Shown here one piece after another: positions 40,168 through 52,989 of a DNA stretch of 64,000 nucleotides. Every line of letters starts with the position of its first letter. Within the stretch, counting starts at the first letter, position 1. Position numbers and translations under genes: made by a program. The notes beneath the pieces are model-generated. The model had not been told where the DNA came from. It searched no databases and saw only the letters and a list, made by a program, of their open reading frames with translations. Source of the DNA: Batkoa obscura (Eukaryota); the NCBI GenBank assembly GCA_030770535.1, contig JASVEC010000013.1, positions 1,116,001 to 1,180,000 of the forward strand. The letters run 5' to 3'.

Positions 40168-40760
40168 TGGGAATGTCTGAATTGGTTTCAGAATTTAACT
40201 AGAAATCAATCCAAATTTGAGTTTTAAATTTGTAAGTTTAATGTTATGGATCAGTTGAATTTAAAAAGCTTAAAATTAAATATAAAATTTAACTTAAAAG
40301 ACTTATTTTGTTTATTTTATTTTTTTAATTACGTTTATAAAAGTTAGTACTCAGTGATTGGAGTTAAAAGTAGTTCTAGCTTAATTAACTGGCCATAAGT
40401 CAAAAGGCCTTAGTTTATGTAACTGAGATAGACTTAAATTAATAGGAATAGTGCGCAATAAGCTACGAACTATATAAAATAAATAGAATACAATATACTG
40501 CTGTAAAATCTACGTAAAATACTATAAGACGACTTACTGGCTTCATTAAAAGTACAATATTAGGGAACAATTCAATTAAAAAGCCTCGAGCTATTATGTT
40601 GGGAAATCTATTTTATACTCCAACAGTTTTGTAAACAAGTTAAGTGATTATTATGCGATAATCAATCACAGAGCTGATGAAACGATATTTCACAGTGTTT
40701 TATATTTTTTTATTAAAATAAAAACAAAATGCAAGCTTTTATAACTAAACTTCGAAATGG
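40168..40760 (+). mobile_element. Sola-like left end with embedded LTR (40336-40694) and transposase start
   Basis: Same structure and junctions as 44133-44700. Confidence 0.75.
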
Positions 40761-42103
40761 GAGTGTTTTTTGGTTTCATTATTTTTTCCATTTTTTTAAG
40801 TGCTATTTAAGTGGAAAAACTGTTAGTAAAGTTCTTAAACACAAAAATACATCCCTATATTGTGTCCTTTTTTCTAAAAAAAACCTTGGTACCTTAAAGT
40901 ACTAGTAAGCTCTAGAGCCTGTTATACAGAACATTCAATGACAAAAACAACTTCAGTAAAGTTATTAAGCTTTATCTTTATTTCAAGTCATTGCATTTTT
41001 TGAATCTTTTTAATAAACCTTTGAACATAATTTACTATATACTAAGTCATATTATTCAATTATTTTTTTATAATTAAAACTACCATTCTAAATACAAAAT
41101 GATGACTTTTTATTGTTTGATTTTGCATTTGTAACATTTGCAGCTAAAGTGTAAAAAAGATAATTGAATTGAATTTTATAAAACTTAGTAAGTAGATTTT
41201 TATTATTTTTAAAATTGAATCAAAAAGCTGTCTTTTCTTACTTTTTTTTACTTTGTTCAGCATTTGGAGATGTATTTTTTTGTTTAAGAATTTTACTAGC
41301 AATCTTTCCGCTGAAATAGCGCTTAAAAGTGGAAAAAATAATGAAACAAAAAAAAACATACCCATCTTTGTTTGTATGGAAAACGCTGGTTTTGTTATTA
41401 ATAAACATTTAAACAAACCAATCTTAATATATATATGAAACAATTTTTAGAAATTTTATAAGTGTAAATATATAGTGGGGATGGCCTGAATTAGTTTTTT
41501 CAAAGTTTATTTAAAAATTTATATTAATACATAAAAGGATGTATTTCTTTGCTTAATAAGTTTACTACTAATTTTTCTGCTTCAAATAACACTTAAAAAG
41601 TGGAAAAAATGATAAAACCAAAAAAAAATCCTCATATAACTGACTAAATTTAAGAAAGCTTAAAGTTAAATAAAAAGATTTAACTTAAAAAACTCATTTT
41701 AAAAAAATCGAAAAAACAAGATATTAAATATTTATCAAATAATATATGGTGATATATTTTTTGTTTAAGAATTTTACTAACAATCTTTCCGCTCAAACAA
41801 CACTTAAAAATGGAAAAAGTGATGAAATCAAAAAAAGCATTCCCATATATTAAAACAAAAGTAAAAAAATGATACATAATAAATATTTTAATAATTTTAA
41901 AAATAAAACAGTAACCAGGTCAATACTTTTCAAATACATACCAAATAATTTTAAAATACAGCAAAAAAAACGGACCTATATAATATATGTGACTAATATA
42001 CTAGTTAGAAAAAAATTATTTATAAATAAACAAATACAATAAAAAATAAAATAAAGATAGAAAAATCTTTTAATAAAAAAAAAAGCTATACAAATTATAT
42101 AGA

Positions 42104-43311
42104 TTTTATATTAACACTTAAAAGAACATATTTAATGAAACTATTATTAAAAAATTAAATAATGGAAGTTATGTAGTAATTTTAAATTATGATTTAATAT
42201 GTAAAAGATTATCTAATTGATTTAATATTTAAAAAGTTTATAAAAATTAATATATAAACAAATATATAAAAATTTTTATATTATATATTTAAAAAAATTT
42301 ATAAAATGATAATAGTTTAAATATTAAATCTCACTTTTTTTACTAAGCACTATAGAAAAAATATAATTGATAAACATTTTAGAAATTTTCATAATAGAAA
42401 AATAGTTTTGAAGCATTAAATAAAATAAAAAATATTAATTAATTTCAAAATTTAAATACTCTATTTGTGGACATAATAAAATTAACAATTTAACTGCTAA
42501 TAATAATAAAACAAATATAATTTTTAAAGTATGAAAAAAACAAATATAATTTTTAAAGTATGAAAAAAACAAAAATAATAAAAAATAATAATAAATAATA
42601 AAAAATAATAAAAAATAATAAAAAATAATAAATACTTACATTTTATTAAATATAATGATAAACTATACTGCTATTCAGTATCTGATAGATCAAAAAAAAG
42701 TGATATGATTCCAATTAAGATTATAGAGTCTATAGAGAATAGGAAAAATTAAAAGATCAACCCCAGCTTATCTTATAAAAATAACAGAAAGTTTAAAAGT
42801 TTCAATATTTAGTAAACAGGTAAGTAGCTTATTAAATGATAAAAATTAGTTATTAAATGTTGGTATTACTTAAATTATTAATGGCTAAGTTAATAAATAG
42901 TCAAAGAGCAAGTAGTTGTAATAATAAGTAAAAACTATTGTTACACTGCTTGTGTTACATAGGGTTGGTTAATTATAGTTTTGGGGCTAACCACTCCCCT
43001 CCCATGCAACTATTTATTAACTTAGTGATACATTAATAATGTAATTATAATATTAAAATTGTTTATTTATTTAATAGCAGATCTGCAATGTTGGTTGTAA
43101 AAAAAAGCAGCTAATAATAAATATTTCTCAATGAGGTTTTATAAGAATATGCATTTGTTTACATACTGCAACTTTAACTAATATCAATATATAGGCTATG
43201 CTAGTAAAAGTCTTGCTAATCCGGGAATTTGTATTAAATTTAATAGAAATTCCACTAACCTACAATATAAATTATAAAAAAATAATTTAAAATTGTGTTG
43301 TGGGTACTTTT
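42104..43311. repeat. Right arm of the ~1.2-kb inverted repeat
   Basis: Reverse complement of 38720-39927. Confidence 0.9.
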
Positions 43312-43388
43312 GCTTTTCAATAAAAAGATAAAATTAATTTAAAGATCCCTATATATTATTAAAAAATAAAATTTACACTGATGAATTA

Positions 43389-43462
43389 TCTTAAGTAGTA
43401 TATTGTTGAGTAACCCCCCACCTGTTATGCAAAAAACTGGGGTTTGATTCCTTACTTGAAAA
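43389..43462 (+). pseudogene. tRNA-Asp pseudogene
   Basis: tcttaagTAGTATAttGTtGAGTA..CCCC.CCTGTtAtGC...ACtGGGGTTtGATTCCttaCTTGAaa aligns by eye with eukaryotic tRNA-Asp(GUC), mainly through C>T and G>A changes. Confidence 0.75.
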
Positions 43463-44132
43463 AAGTATTATTACTTTAATATTAGTTTTTTAATTTTAAC
43501 AATTTGGTTTATTAACAAAAATATTTTTATAGTCCTTTTAAAACATAATAGCAGTGTTATTTTTTTTCAGTTTCTATAGACTTGTTGCATTAATACATAA
43601 ACTGATTAAACTAATGTAAATATTTTTATTATTATTTTAAGCATTTTTTATAGCTAAAGTTTATTTTTACTTTTTCTTAATTATATAAAATATTATATAA
43701 GGATGTATTCTTTTGTTTAAGAATTTTGCTAGCAATTATTTTACTCAAATGCGCTTGAAAAATGGAAAAAGTTATGAAATCAAAAACACCCCATATAATA
43801 TAAAAAGATTTCTATATTTGTTTATATATTAATTTTTGTAAACTTTTTAAATATTAAATTAATTAAATAATCTTTTATATATGCTAAATCATAATTTAAA
43901 ATTACTACATAACTTTTATTATCTAATTTTTAATAATAGTTTCATTAAATATGTTCTTTTAAGTGTCAATATAAAATCTATATAATTTATAACTTTTTTC
44001 TAACTGTATACTGGACACATATATTACATAAATCTGCTTTTCTTGCTGGATTTCTAATTATTTGGTGTATATTTGAAAAATATTGACCTAGCTACTGCTT
44101 CATCCTTTAAATCATTAAAATATTTACTATAT

Positions 44133-46488
44133 GGGGGTGTCTGAATTGGTTTCAGAATTTAACTAGAAGTTAATCCAAATTTTAAGTTTTTAAAGTTGTA
44201 AGTCTTTAATGTATAATCAGCTAAATTTAAAAAGCTTAAAATTAAATATAAAATTTAACTTAAAAGACTTATTTTGTTTATTTTATTTTTTTAATTACGT
44301 TTATAAAAGTTAGTACTCAGTGATTGGAGTTAAAAGTAGTTCTAGCTTAATTAACTGGCCATAAGTCAAAAGGCCTTAGTTTATGTAACTGAGATAGACT
44401 TAAATTAATAGGAATAGTGCGCAATAAGCTACGAACTATATAAAATAAATAGAATACAATATACTACTGTAAAATCTACATAAGATATTGTCAGAAAGAC
44501 TTAGTGGCTTTATTAAAAGTAAAATATTAGGGAACAATTCAATTAAAAAGCCTCGAGCTGATGAAACAATATTTCACAGTGTTTGTATTTTTTATTAAAT
44601 ATCCAATAGCTATATAATATATAAATATATAATTATTGACTTTATTTTTTATTAAAATAAAAACAAAATGCAAGCTTTTATAACTAAACTTCGAAATGGA
44701 ATTTCTAAAAAATTTAATACGATAGGGAGAAACACATTATATAAACATTGTAATTCATTTACATCAATTTTAACAACTATTCACAATAACCCAGAGTTTA
44801 TAGAATTTTATAATAAAACAAAAAAAGGAAAAGAAATGTCATTAAAGTTTACTATTAATAATAACAGACTTGATCAAGCAATGTATAAAATTAGTGCTTT
44901 AAAGGAAACAGGAAACAAAAACCAACAAGTAGCATTATTATCGACTATAGCTTCAGTATATTCTTTTGATGAATGTAGAAGTTTTGGATTTAATATAAGT
45001 AGAAATCAATATGGTTATTTAAAAATAATTAGCAATAATAAAATACTAACATTACAATCTATTATTAAAAATACAAAAAAAATTAAAGATGAGCAAATTG
45101 AGATTATTATACAATATTTACTTGATAATTCAACTATTTCATCAAGATTTAATAATAATAAAAATAATGATAATAAATATTCATCAGATAATATGTATGT
45201 TAAATAAAGGTAGAAGAATGATATATAGTAAATATTTTAATGATTTAAAAGATAAAGCAGTAGCTAGGTCAACATTTTTCAAATATATACCAAATAATTT
45301 TAAAAATCCAGCAAGAAAAACAGATTTATGTAATATATGTGTCCAGTATACAGTTAGAAAAAAGCTATTTGAAAATAAAATAAATACAGCGACAGAAAAT
45401 AAAGCAGAGATACAGGAATCTTTTAATAAAGAAAAAAGGTTATATAAATTATATGAATTTTGTATTGATACTCAAAAAAACATATTTAATGAAACTATTG
45501 AAAAATTAAATAATAGAAGTTGTATAATAATTCTAGACTTTAAACAAAATATGGAAATAGGAACAAGACCAGATCCAATAAACTTAGATCATTATAACAA
45601 ACAAGCTATATCAGTATCAGGTTTTAATGTTTTATATTTAAAAAGTAAATACTAGTTTAAATATTGATCTTAGTTTTTTTGCTGAGCATCATGGAGAAAA
45701 TATAGTTGATGGACATTTTGGAAATTTTTTATAATGGAAAAATAGTTTTGAAGCATTAGGTAAAATAGAAGATATTAATCAATTGATTTCAAATGAGATT
45801 TTTATTTGTGAACATAATAGAATTAATAACTCAACTGTTAATAATAATAAAACACATATGGGGGTGTTTTTTTTGGTTTCATTACTTTTCCATTTTTTAA
45901 GCGCTATTTAAGTGAAAAAACTGCTAGTAAAATTCTTAAACAAAAAAATACCATCACCAAATAATAAAAATCATTTATTGAATGTTGATGTTATTTGAAT
46001 CATTAACAACCAAGTTAATAAACAATTAAAAAGCAAGTAGTTTTAATAACAAATAAAAACTATTATTATATTGCTTGTATTATATAAAGATGGTTAATTA
46101 TAGTTTTGGGGCTAACCACTCCCTCCCATGCAACTATTTATTAACTTAGTGATATATTGGGGATGTATTTTTTTGTTCAAGGATTTTACTAAACAATCTT
46201 TCCGCTCAAATAGTGCTAAAAAGATAGAAAAAGTGATGAAACCAAAAAAATATCCTCTATTAATAATGTAATTATAATATTAATATAGTCTATTTACTTT
46301 GATAACAAATCTGCAATCCTAGCTGTAAAACAGTCAATATAAATATTTTTCGATGAATTTTTATGAATATATATTTATTCACATACTACAACTTTGATTA
46401 ATAACAATATATATATTATATTAGTGAAAGCCTTGCTAGTCCGGGAATTTGTATTAAATTTAACAGAAATTCCACTAACTTACAATAT
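44133..46488 (+). mobile_element. Decayed Sola-like (Sola2-type) DNA transposon with frameshifted transposase (from 44668), embedded LTR (44302-44578) and MITEs
   Basis: TIR GGGGGTGTCYGAATTGGTTTCA; transposase motifs RKTDLCNIC, IILDFKQN, HHGxxIVDGHFG; frameshift near 45200. Confidence 0.75.
46159..46257 (-). mobile_element. ~100-bp MITE with TATT target duplication
   Basis: TATT-GGGGATGT...ATCCTC-TATT; empty site visible at about 43028-43040. Confidence 0.88.
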
Positions 46489-46588
46489 GAGGATGTATTT
46501 TTGTGTTTAAGAATTTTGCTAACAATCTTTCCACTCAAATAGCGCTTAAAAGATAGAAAAAGCAATGAAGCCAAAAAAAACACCCCCA
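46489..46588 (-). mobile_element. ~100-bp MITE
   Basis: GAGGATGT...ACACCCCC, ATAT/ATAT flanks. Confidence 0.88.
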
Positions 46589-46763
46589 TATATCATTCTT
46601 CTACCTTTTATTTAACATATATATATCATCTGATGAATATTTATTATCATTATTTTTATTATTATTAAATCTTGATGAAATAGTTGAATTATCAAGTAAA
46701 TATTGTATAATAATCTCAATTTGCTCATCTTTAATTTTTTTCGCATTAATAATAGGTTGTAAT

Positions 46764-47233
46764 TGTGAAATATTGCTTTATTAGTTTAGCTCTTGAATTG
46801 ATTATAACACAATTACTTAAGTTGCTGTGTTCTTAAGTTCAAACACAATCAAGTCAGAGTCCCTTATTTTGATTTGCTGCGAGAATTTCTAACTTCATAT
46901 TGCAAAGAATGATATCCTCTCGTTTTGATATCCCTACATACCTGTTGGAGTATAAAAGAGATCCTTCAACATGATAACTCGAGGCTTTTTAACTGAATTA
47001 CTCCCTGATATCGTACTATTGATAAAGCCACTAAGTCTTTCTGACAATATCTTATGTAGATTTTACAGTAGTATCCTGTATTCTATTTATTTTACATAGC
47101 TCGTAGCTTATTGCATATTACTCCTATTGATTTAAGTCTATCTTAGCTACATAAACTAAGGCCTTTTGACTTATGGCCAGTTAATTAAGCTAGAACTACT
47201 TTTAACTCCAATCACTGAGTACTAACTTTTATA
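46764..47233 (+). repeat. Solo LTR nested in an inverted Sola-like copy
   Basis: TGTGAAATATTGC... matches 4010; 3' end TTTCACA mutated to TTTTATA; followed by reverse Sola left end to about 47402. Confidence 0.9.
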
Positions 47234-50200
47234 AACGTAATTAAAAAAATAAAATAAACAAAATAAGTCTTTTAAGTTAAATTTTATATTTAATTTTAAG
47301 CTTTTTAAATTTAGCTGATTATACATTAAAGACTTACAAATTTAAAAACTTAAAATTTGGATTAACTTCTAGTTAAATTCTGAAACCAATTCAGACATTC
47401 CCGTTTGAATGAAAAGGCTATTCTTAAATTTCATATTAGCTTTTTATGGCTATAAACAAACTTAATTAAATTTATAATTTGAATTTAATTTATCTTAAAA
47501 ATAATTAGAGCTAAAAAATAAGCACTGGTACTTTAAAGACAAGACAGAGGTGGTGTTTTTGAAACCAATTATTTATTTCAATTGATTGGTAATTGACAAA
47601 ATTTAAGCTTGATTTAAAAATTTGTTGCTTTTTTTATCGTTTTCAGTCAGTTTGAAATAAAAATAGTTGGATTATATTGACTAATATACCTTAATATATT
47701 AAAAAAATTCAATTGTTAAATTTATAGATCCTTTAGTTTTTTTATCATGTTCTAAATTTTACACATTTTTATACTGTTAAATTTAAAAATCCTGGTTTTT
47801 TGATTAAAAAAATATATCCCTATTTTTTCTCAAAAATTTCACTCCAAAGCACAGCAAAATTGACTGTTTTATACTCCTTTGTATTGCACTATTTAAAACA
47901 ATACAAATTAGATTCCCAAATATTTTTATGATTCATCAAATTTAAAAAATCAGAAAGCTACTTACTTTTTTATCCCTGTTTCGTTAATTATTTTATAAAT
48001 GGCATTCATTTACTTTTTATCTTTTTAATATCAGAAGCCTTATTATTATCTCTGTCCCTTATTGTGTATTAACTTAATCACTTAATATACACAACACTCT
48101 TTGCTTTACTTTAATACCATATTACTATAAATAAAGCTTTGGGATTTTATTCCCCTTAAAACCTTACTTATGCTAAATATGTTTTGATGAGGGATAATTA
48201 AACCTACACAAAAAAAAGATGATCAATGGGGATGTTTTTTTTGGTTTCATACTTTTTCCATTTTTTAAGCGTTGTTTGAGCGGAAAGATTGTTAGTAAAA
48301 CTCATAAATGGCAGTAGTATAATGTGGATGTGTTTTTTTATTTAAAAGTGTTTTAATTGGAATTTTTAAGTTTTAGCTTTTAGTAACTCTGTTTGGATAA
48401 CTATCAACATTCTCTTTTAGTACTTTATTTTACTCTCATTTTAAACCTAAAATCTACAGGAGTGTTTTAACCTGAAATTTTACTCCCCCTTTTTTAAACA
48501 TTACTGCCAACAATAAGCTATGGGAGCTTTTGGCTCTTTCAAGATTTAAAAAAATAGTTGATATAGTTTAACAGTGAAAAATTGATAAAAAAATCATTAA
48601 AATATTAACTTCGAGAGTTTAAATATAAAAGTACGAAATAACATTTTGAAAAAGTACATTTGTAACCTTATGCTTACCGTTAAACTACCAGACAAAACTG
48701 AATCTGATTTAACCTTAATTGGATGAAAATATGGCAACATTGGAAACAGATTTTTTAAATTTATTTTTAGATCATTCTAATCAGCATAAAAACTCAAATA
48801 ATTTACTATATAATAATATGTTGTATACGTTATAGCCTCTAGTCTCTGTCTCTAGTTTTGCTTATATTAATAAAGTTATTTTCATACAATCTCATGTCTT
48901 TATTTTATTTAGCTTGAAACACATTTTGCACTATTATTATTTTTCCTTCCATAAACCCCCCCCCACAACTGGGTCACAAGCTTAAAATTTATGCCACTAA
49001 TATTTATAAATGGGTTTATGATAAATTGATTTTTTTCATATATTATAATTTTATACATAATGAAATAACTTGATCAAATTTTGGGGCTTTATTGTAATTA
49101 ATCATCTGTCGTTTTGCTTAATGTTTTATATTTAATAATTATTTTTTTCAATAACAAAAATTTACAATATAAATACTTTTCCAAAGGCCATATATATTTT
49201 AACTATTGTTAATTAGTATATTTTGTATTTAATAAAGTATAGCTTGTGTTTTTGATTTGTTATACAAAAAATCTGATTAATCCTATTATTTTGATCATCT
49301 TTACTTAATATGATTTATATTTATTAATGTAAATGTTTTTTCAAAAGTCCCATATTTTGATTACTATTTAATGTTCGATGAAATGAGAGTTTTTATACGC
49401 TTTTATAGCTTACCTATTATTTTAATACTATATCTAGATAAAATACTCATATTTAGTAAAATGACCTGTTTGTATATTAAAACTTTTTGGTTTTCTGTTC
49501 TGTTTAAAAGGTATCAGAGAATTTTATCATATCAATAAAATGTGTTTACAACAGTAAAGTTGACGATTTCTATGACTATATGATTAATGTCTTTTTAATT
49601 TTGCTATTTTTTTTAATTAAATAAAATAACGTAGTTTAAACTAAAATGATATAATAAATGTTTTGTATTACAAAATGATTAGAAATTATATTAATCACTA
49701 CAATTGCTATAATTAATTAGGATTTTTATTGCCAATTACAAATCAGGTTTTTATTAGAATTATACATTTTAAAGTTTTTAAGATAAAATAAAATTTCAAA
49801 TTCTATTCAAATACTGTATGATAATACAACTCAGCTAGCTGCTTGAGATGGACAATTTTTAAATTATTTATTATAAAGTAAAAGTGCTGAATCACACATG
49901 GTAAGCATTTTTTGAATGAAGTAAACTGTGAAATTAATTGCAATGGAAGGGGTTAAAATGAATAAACATACCACCAAAGCTTAAACTAATAAAAGGTTGA
50001 AATATCATAAACCTAATTAACTATTTGATTGGTTTGATTTCTTGTCTTTATTAACTAAAATTTTGGTAAAAAATAGCATTGAATCAATTTTATTTTTTTT
50101 AGGTAGGTAGCTGTAACAACAAACTCTAGAGCTGTGATGCTAAAAAAATTGGTCTAGTTTTTAAAAAATTGCATTATAATTAAAATTAATCAATAATTTA

Positions 50201-50882
50201 ACTAAATAGTATATAGACACGGGGGGCCTCTACCCATCTAAAGCTTAAGTAGGTCCCCAAGGTTTGAGATGGGTAGAAGCCGTCAAATAAGTGAATGGGT
50301 TAATAAATACGTGACCAATTCTTTATCATAGATTGAACTCTGTTGTGCATTCAAAATCTTTAATTTAAAATTAACTAAACTAATGGGGAATATTTTGTTA
50401 ATTTTCTGTTTTAAGTTTAATTTTTTTCCGATATTTATTACTTTAACTTATAATAGTTTTTTAACAAATTAGCTTTTATTCTTATTTTATAAGGTTGGTT
50501 AAAAAAAATCCATTATTTAAGAAAAACAGACCTTTAAGTTAGTAAACAGTACACCGCATTAATAATCACGTTTTTCATTAATAGACACTATTCCGGAAAA
50601 TCAGGATTCCTTTTTTAGGTTGATGGCAAAACTATAAAAACACTCTATAAAGTATAGTTGTACAAATTTAAGCTTTTAAATACGATAAAATTTGATTCTA
50701 ACTGCCATCAAAACTTTTTTTAGCTAATATTATAAACGAATATGTAGTATTTAGGTCACAGAGACATAGGTGGTATTGAACAAGAAAAAAAGAACCACTG
50801 TTTGGCTCAATTTTTCAAGTGTCATTAAAAGCAAAGCTTAAATAGTATTTATTTTAAAAAAATAAAAAATTTGTTAGTATAT

Positions 50883-50986
50883 GGGGGATGTATTTTTTGT
50901 TTAAGAATTTACTAATAAAATAGTCTTTCCACTCAAATAGCGCTTAAAAAATAAAAAAAGTGATAAAAAGTCAAAAAAACACCCTC
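50883..50986 (-). mobile_element. ~100-bp MITE
   Basis: GGGGGATGT...ACACCCTC. Confidence 0.8.
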
Positions 50987-52989
50987 ATTTATAGTTCACA
51001 TGAAAGTCTCAAAAAAAAACGCCAGCTAAAGGAATTTGAGATTTTTAAAATCAACTATAGAATAATTTGGATAGCCAAGTTGAAATTTAGCTGAGTTTTG
51101 AATTTGATTAAAAAAACAATTTTTACTAATATTCAAAAATAAATTTTGTTATGAATTTTTTAAAACCACCCTAGACTAATATTTAAGGGCTACTCCTATC
51201 AGTCTCTTTCATCTGAAGCCATATTAGTTGAGAACTGATAGAGCATTAAAACAAAATCGACCCATTTAGGCCGGTTTGGAATAGTACTTGTTAATAGTAA
51301 TCTTAGCGGAGAACATACAAATTATAGGCTACCAATGAAGATCGTTGTTTTCAACATTAGACGATTTACCAATGGCTTATTATTTTCTCGTTTGTTTATC
51401 TCTAAGATATACAGTGTTTAACATCATGAATTTTATTAGATTTTCAAAAAGTGAACAGTTGTTTTGCGTTTTTTTTATTTATGCCTGGCGGTAGAATTGC
51501 ATTTTTGCTCTCTACAAAGAGTTTTGAAAAAATGGAATATATAAAAGCTGTTATATTTTATTGTTATTCTAATAAAGATCTTTATATATTATGTAACTTT
51601 TATCATTATTTTTCTATCTTTTTAAGGAATTGAGTCTTTAAAAATTTTAGTTTTAAACTTTTTTGTATAATATAATATAATATAAAAAGCTTCCGGAATA
51701 AGTTTTATTTTATCTTTTTTTTGTTCATTCATCCTAAATATTAGTTCAATATACAAATTTTGTCAGACTGCTCTGCTTTGAATACTATTACTTACAATTT
51801 TGCTTTTTGTGATTGGTTTTAATTTTTATAGCTTAAAAGTAGCTAAATACTATAGGAAGTTACCTAATTTTTTAATTAACTGATATATTATTATTTTTTG
51901 TAAAAAGCTTTTTTTATAGCTTTTAAATTCGTCTTTCTTATTATTGTTCTAAAATATAATTTCAATTTAGATAGAAAATTTCTTCATTTCTTGATATTGC
52001 TTTTAAAAAATAAAATGTGCTTTTTTTTAATAACATTTTTTTGCTTAAAAAGCTCAAAAAAGTAAAAGTTTACTAAATACGATTTTATTTAATTTTTATC
52101 CTCCTGTTTTTAATTTTATATAAAATTTCTGCAAAATTATACTTATTTTTTTATCTGTTAACAATCAATATTTTTTTATTGTTATTGATGTTAATTATCT
52201 TTTTTTTACTTTAATCTTTAATCAAGTCATTTGAGTTAATTAATAAAATACTGCTTTTATTATGTATAAATAAATAAAAACAGCTTTAAATAAATTTATT
52301 TCATGAATAATTTTTAGTGTTTAAAAATAATCAATTTTAATATCAATAATCTAGAAATTTTAATTAAAGCTAAAAAGATAAAGGTTAGCATTTATAAAAG
52401 CTTAATTGAGTTAAATTTAAATACAATACAATTTAATAAAAACAGTATAAAAAATCAAAATTATTTTTTTATAACTTAAAATTTTATACATTTTATATTA
52501 ATAATTTGTTAAATATTAAACAATTGTAGATAGAGAACTTATCAGAATATTCCAAAACATCGTTTAAAAAAATAAATAGGTTTAGCAATTTCTAATGTTA
52601 GATTAAACAAAAAATAGCAATCATCTAATGTAAACTATTTTTAAAACTAGTATTTTAAAAAAACTTTTATAGAATTATATTTATTACTCAAAAATCAAAA
52701 GCAGCTGATTGAGTTAATTTGAAACTTTGCAAGCAATTTCATGTATATTTATACGTTTAATTTATGCAAAAAACTTTTGCCTCTTGCTAATAAAAATTCC
52801 TCAATTCCTCAAACTTTTTTGACCTCCTTTATAAAATAAAATTTTTATTGCCAAGTTAAAAAAAGCAAAAAGTAAGTTAAAAAGCTTAAAAGATAAATAT
52901 TATTAAGAAAATGCTAGTAGGGTGATTTTTTGCAAATATATATAAAGATGTATTATATTGTTTAGAAAGTTTTAAAATGATTAGATCGG

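Noticed and set aside
47450..52900. Possible decayed ORFs of another element on the minus strand
   Set aside because: Stop-riddled, with no diagnostic motif visible; needs tBLASTn/HMM search
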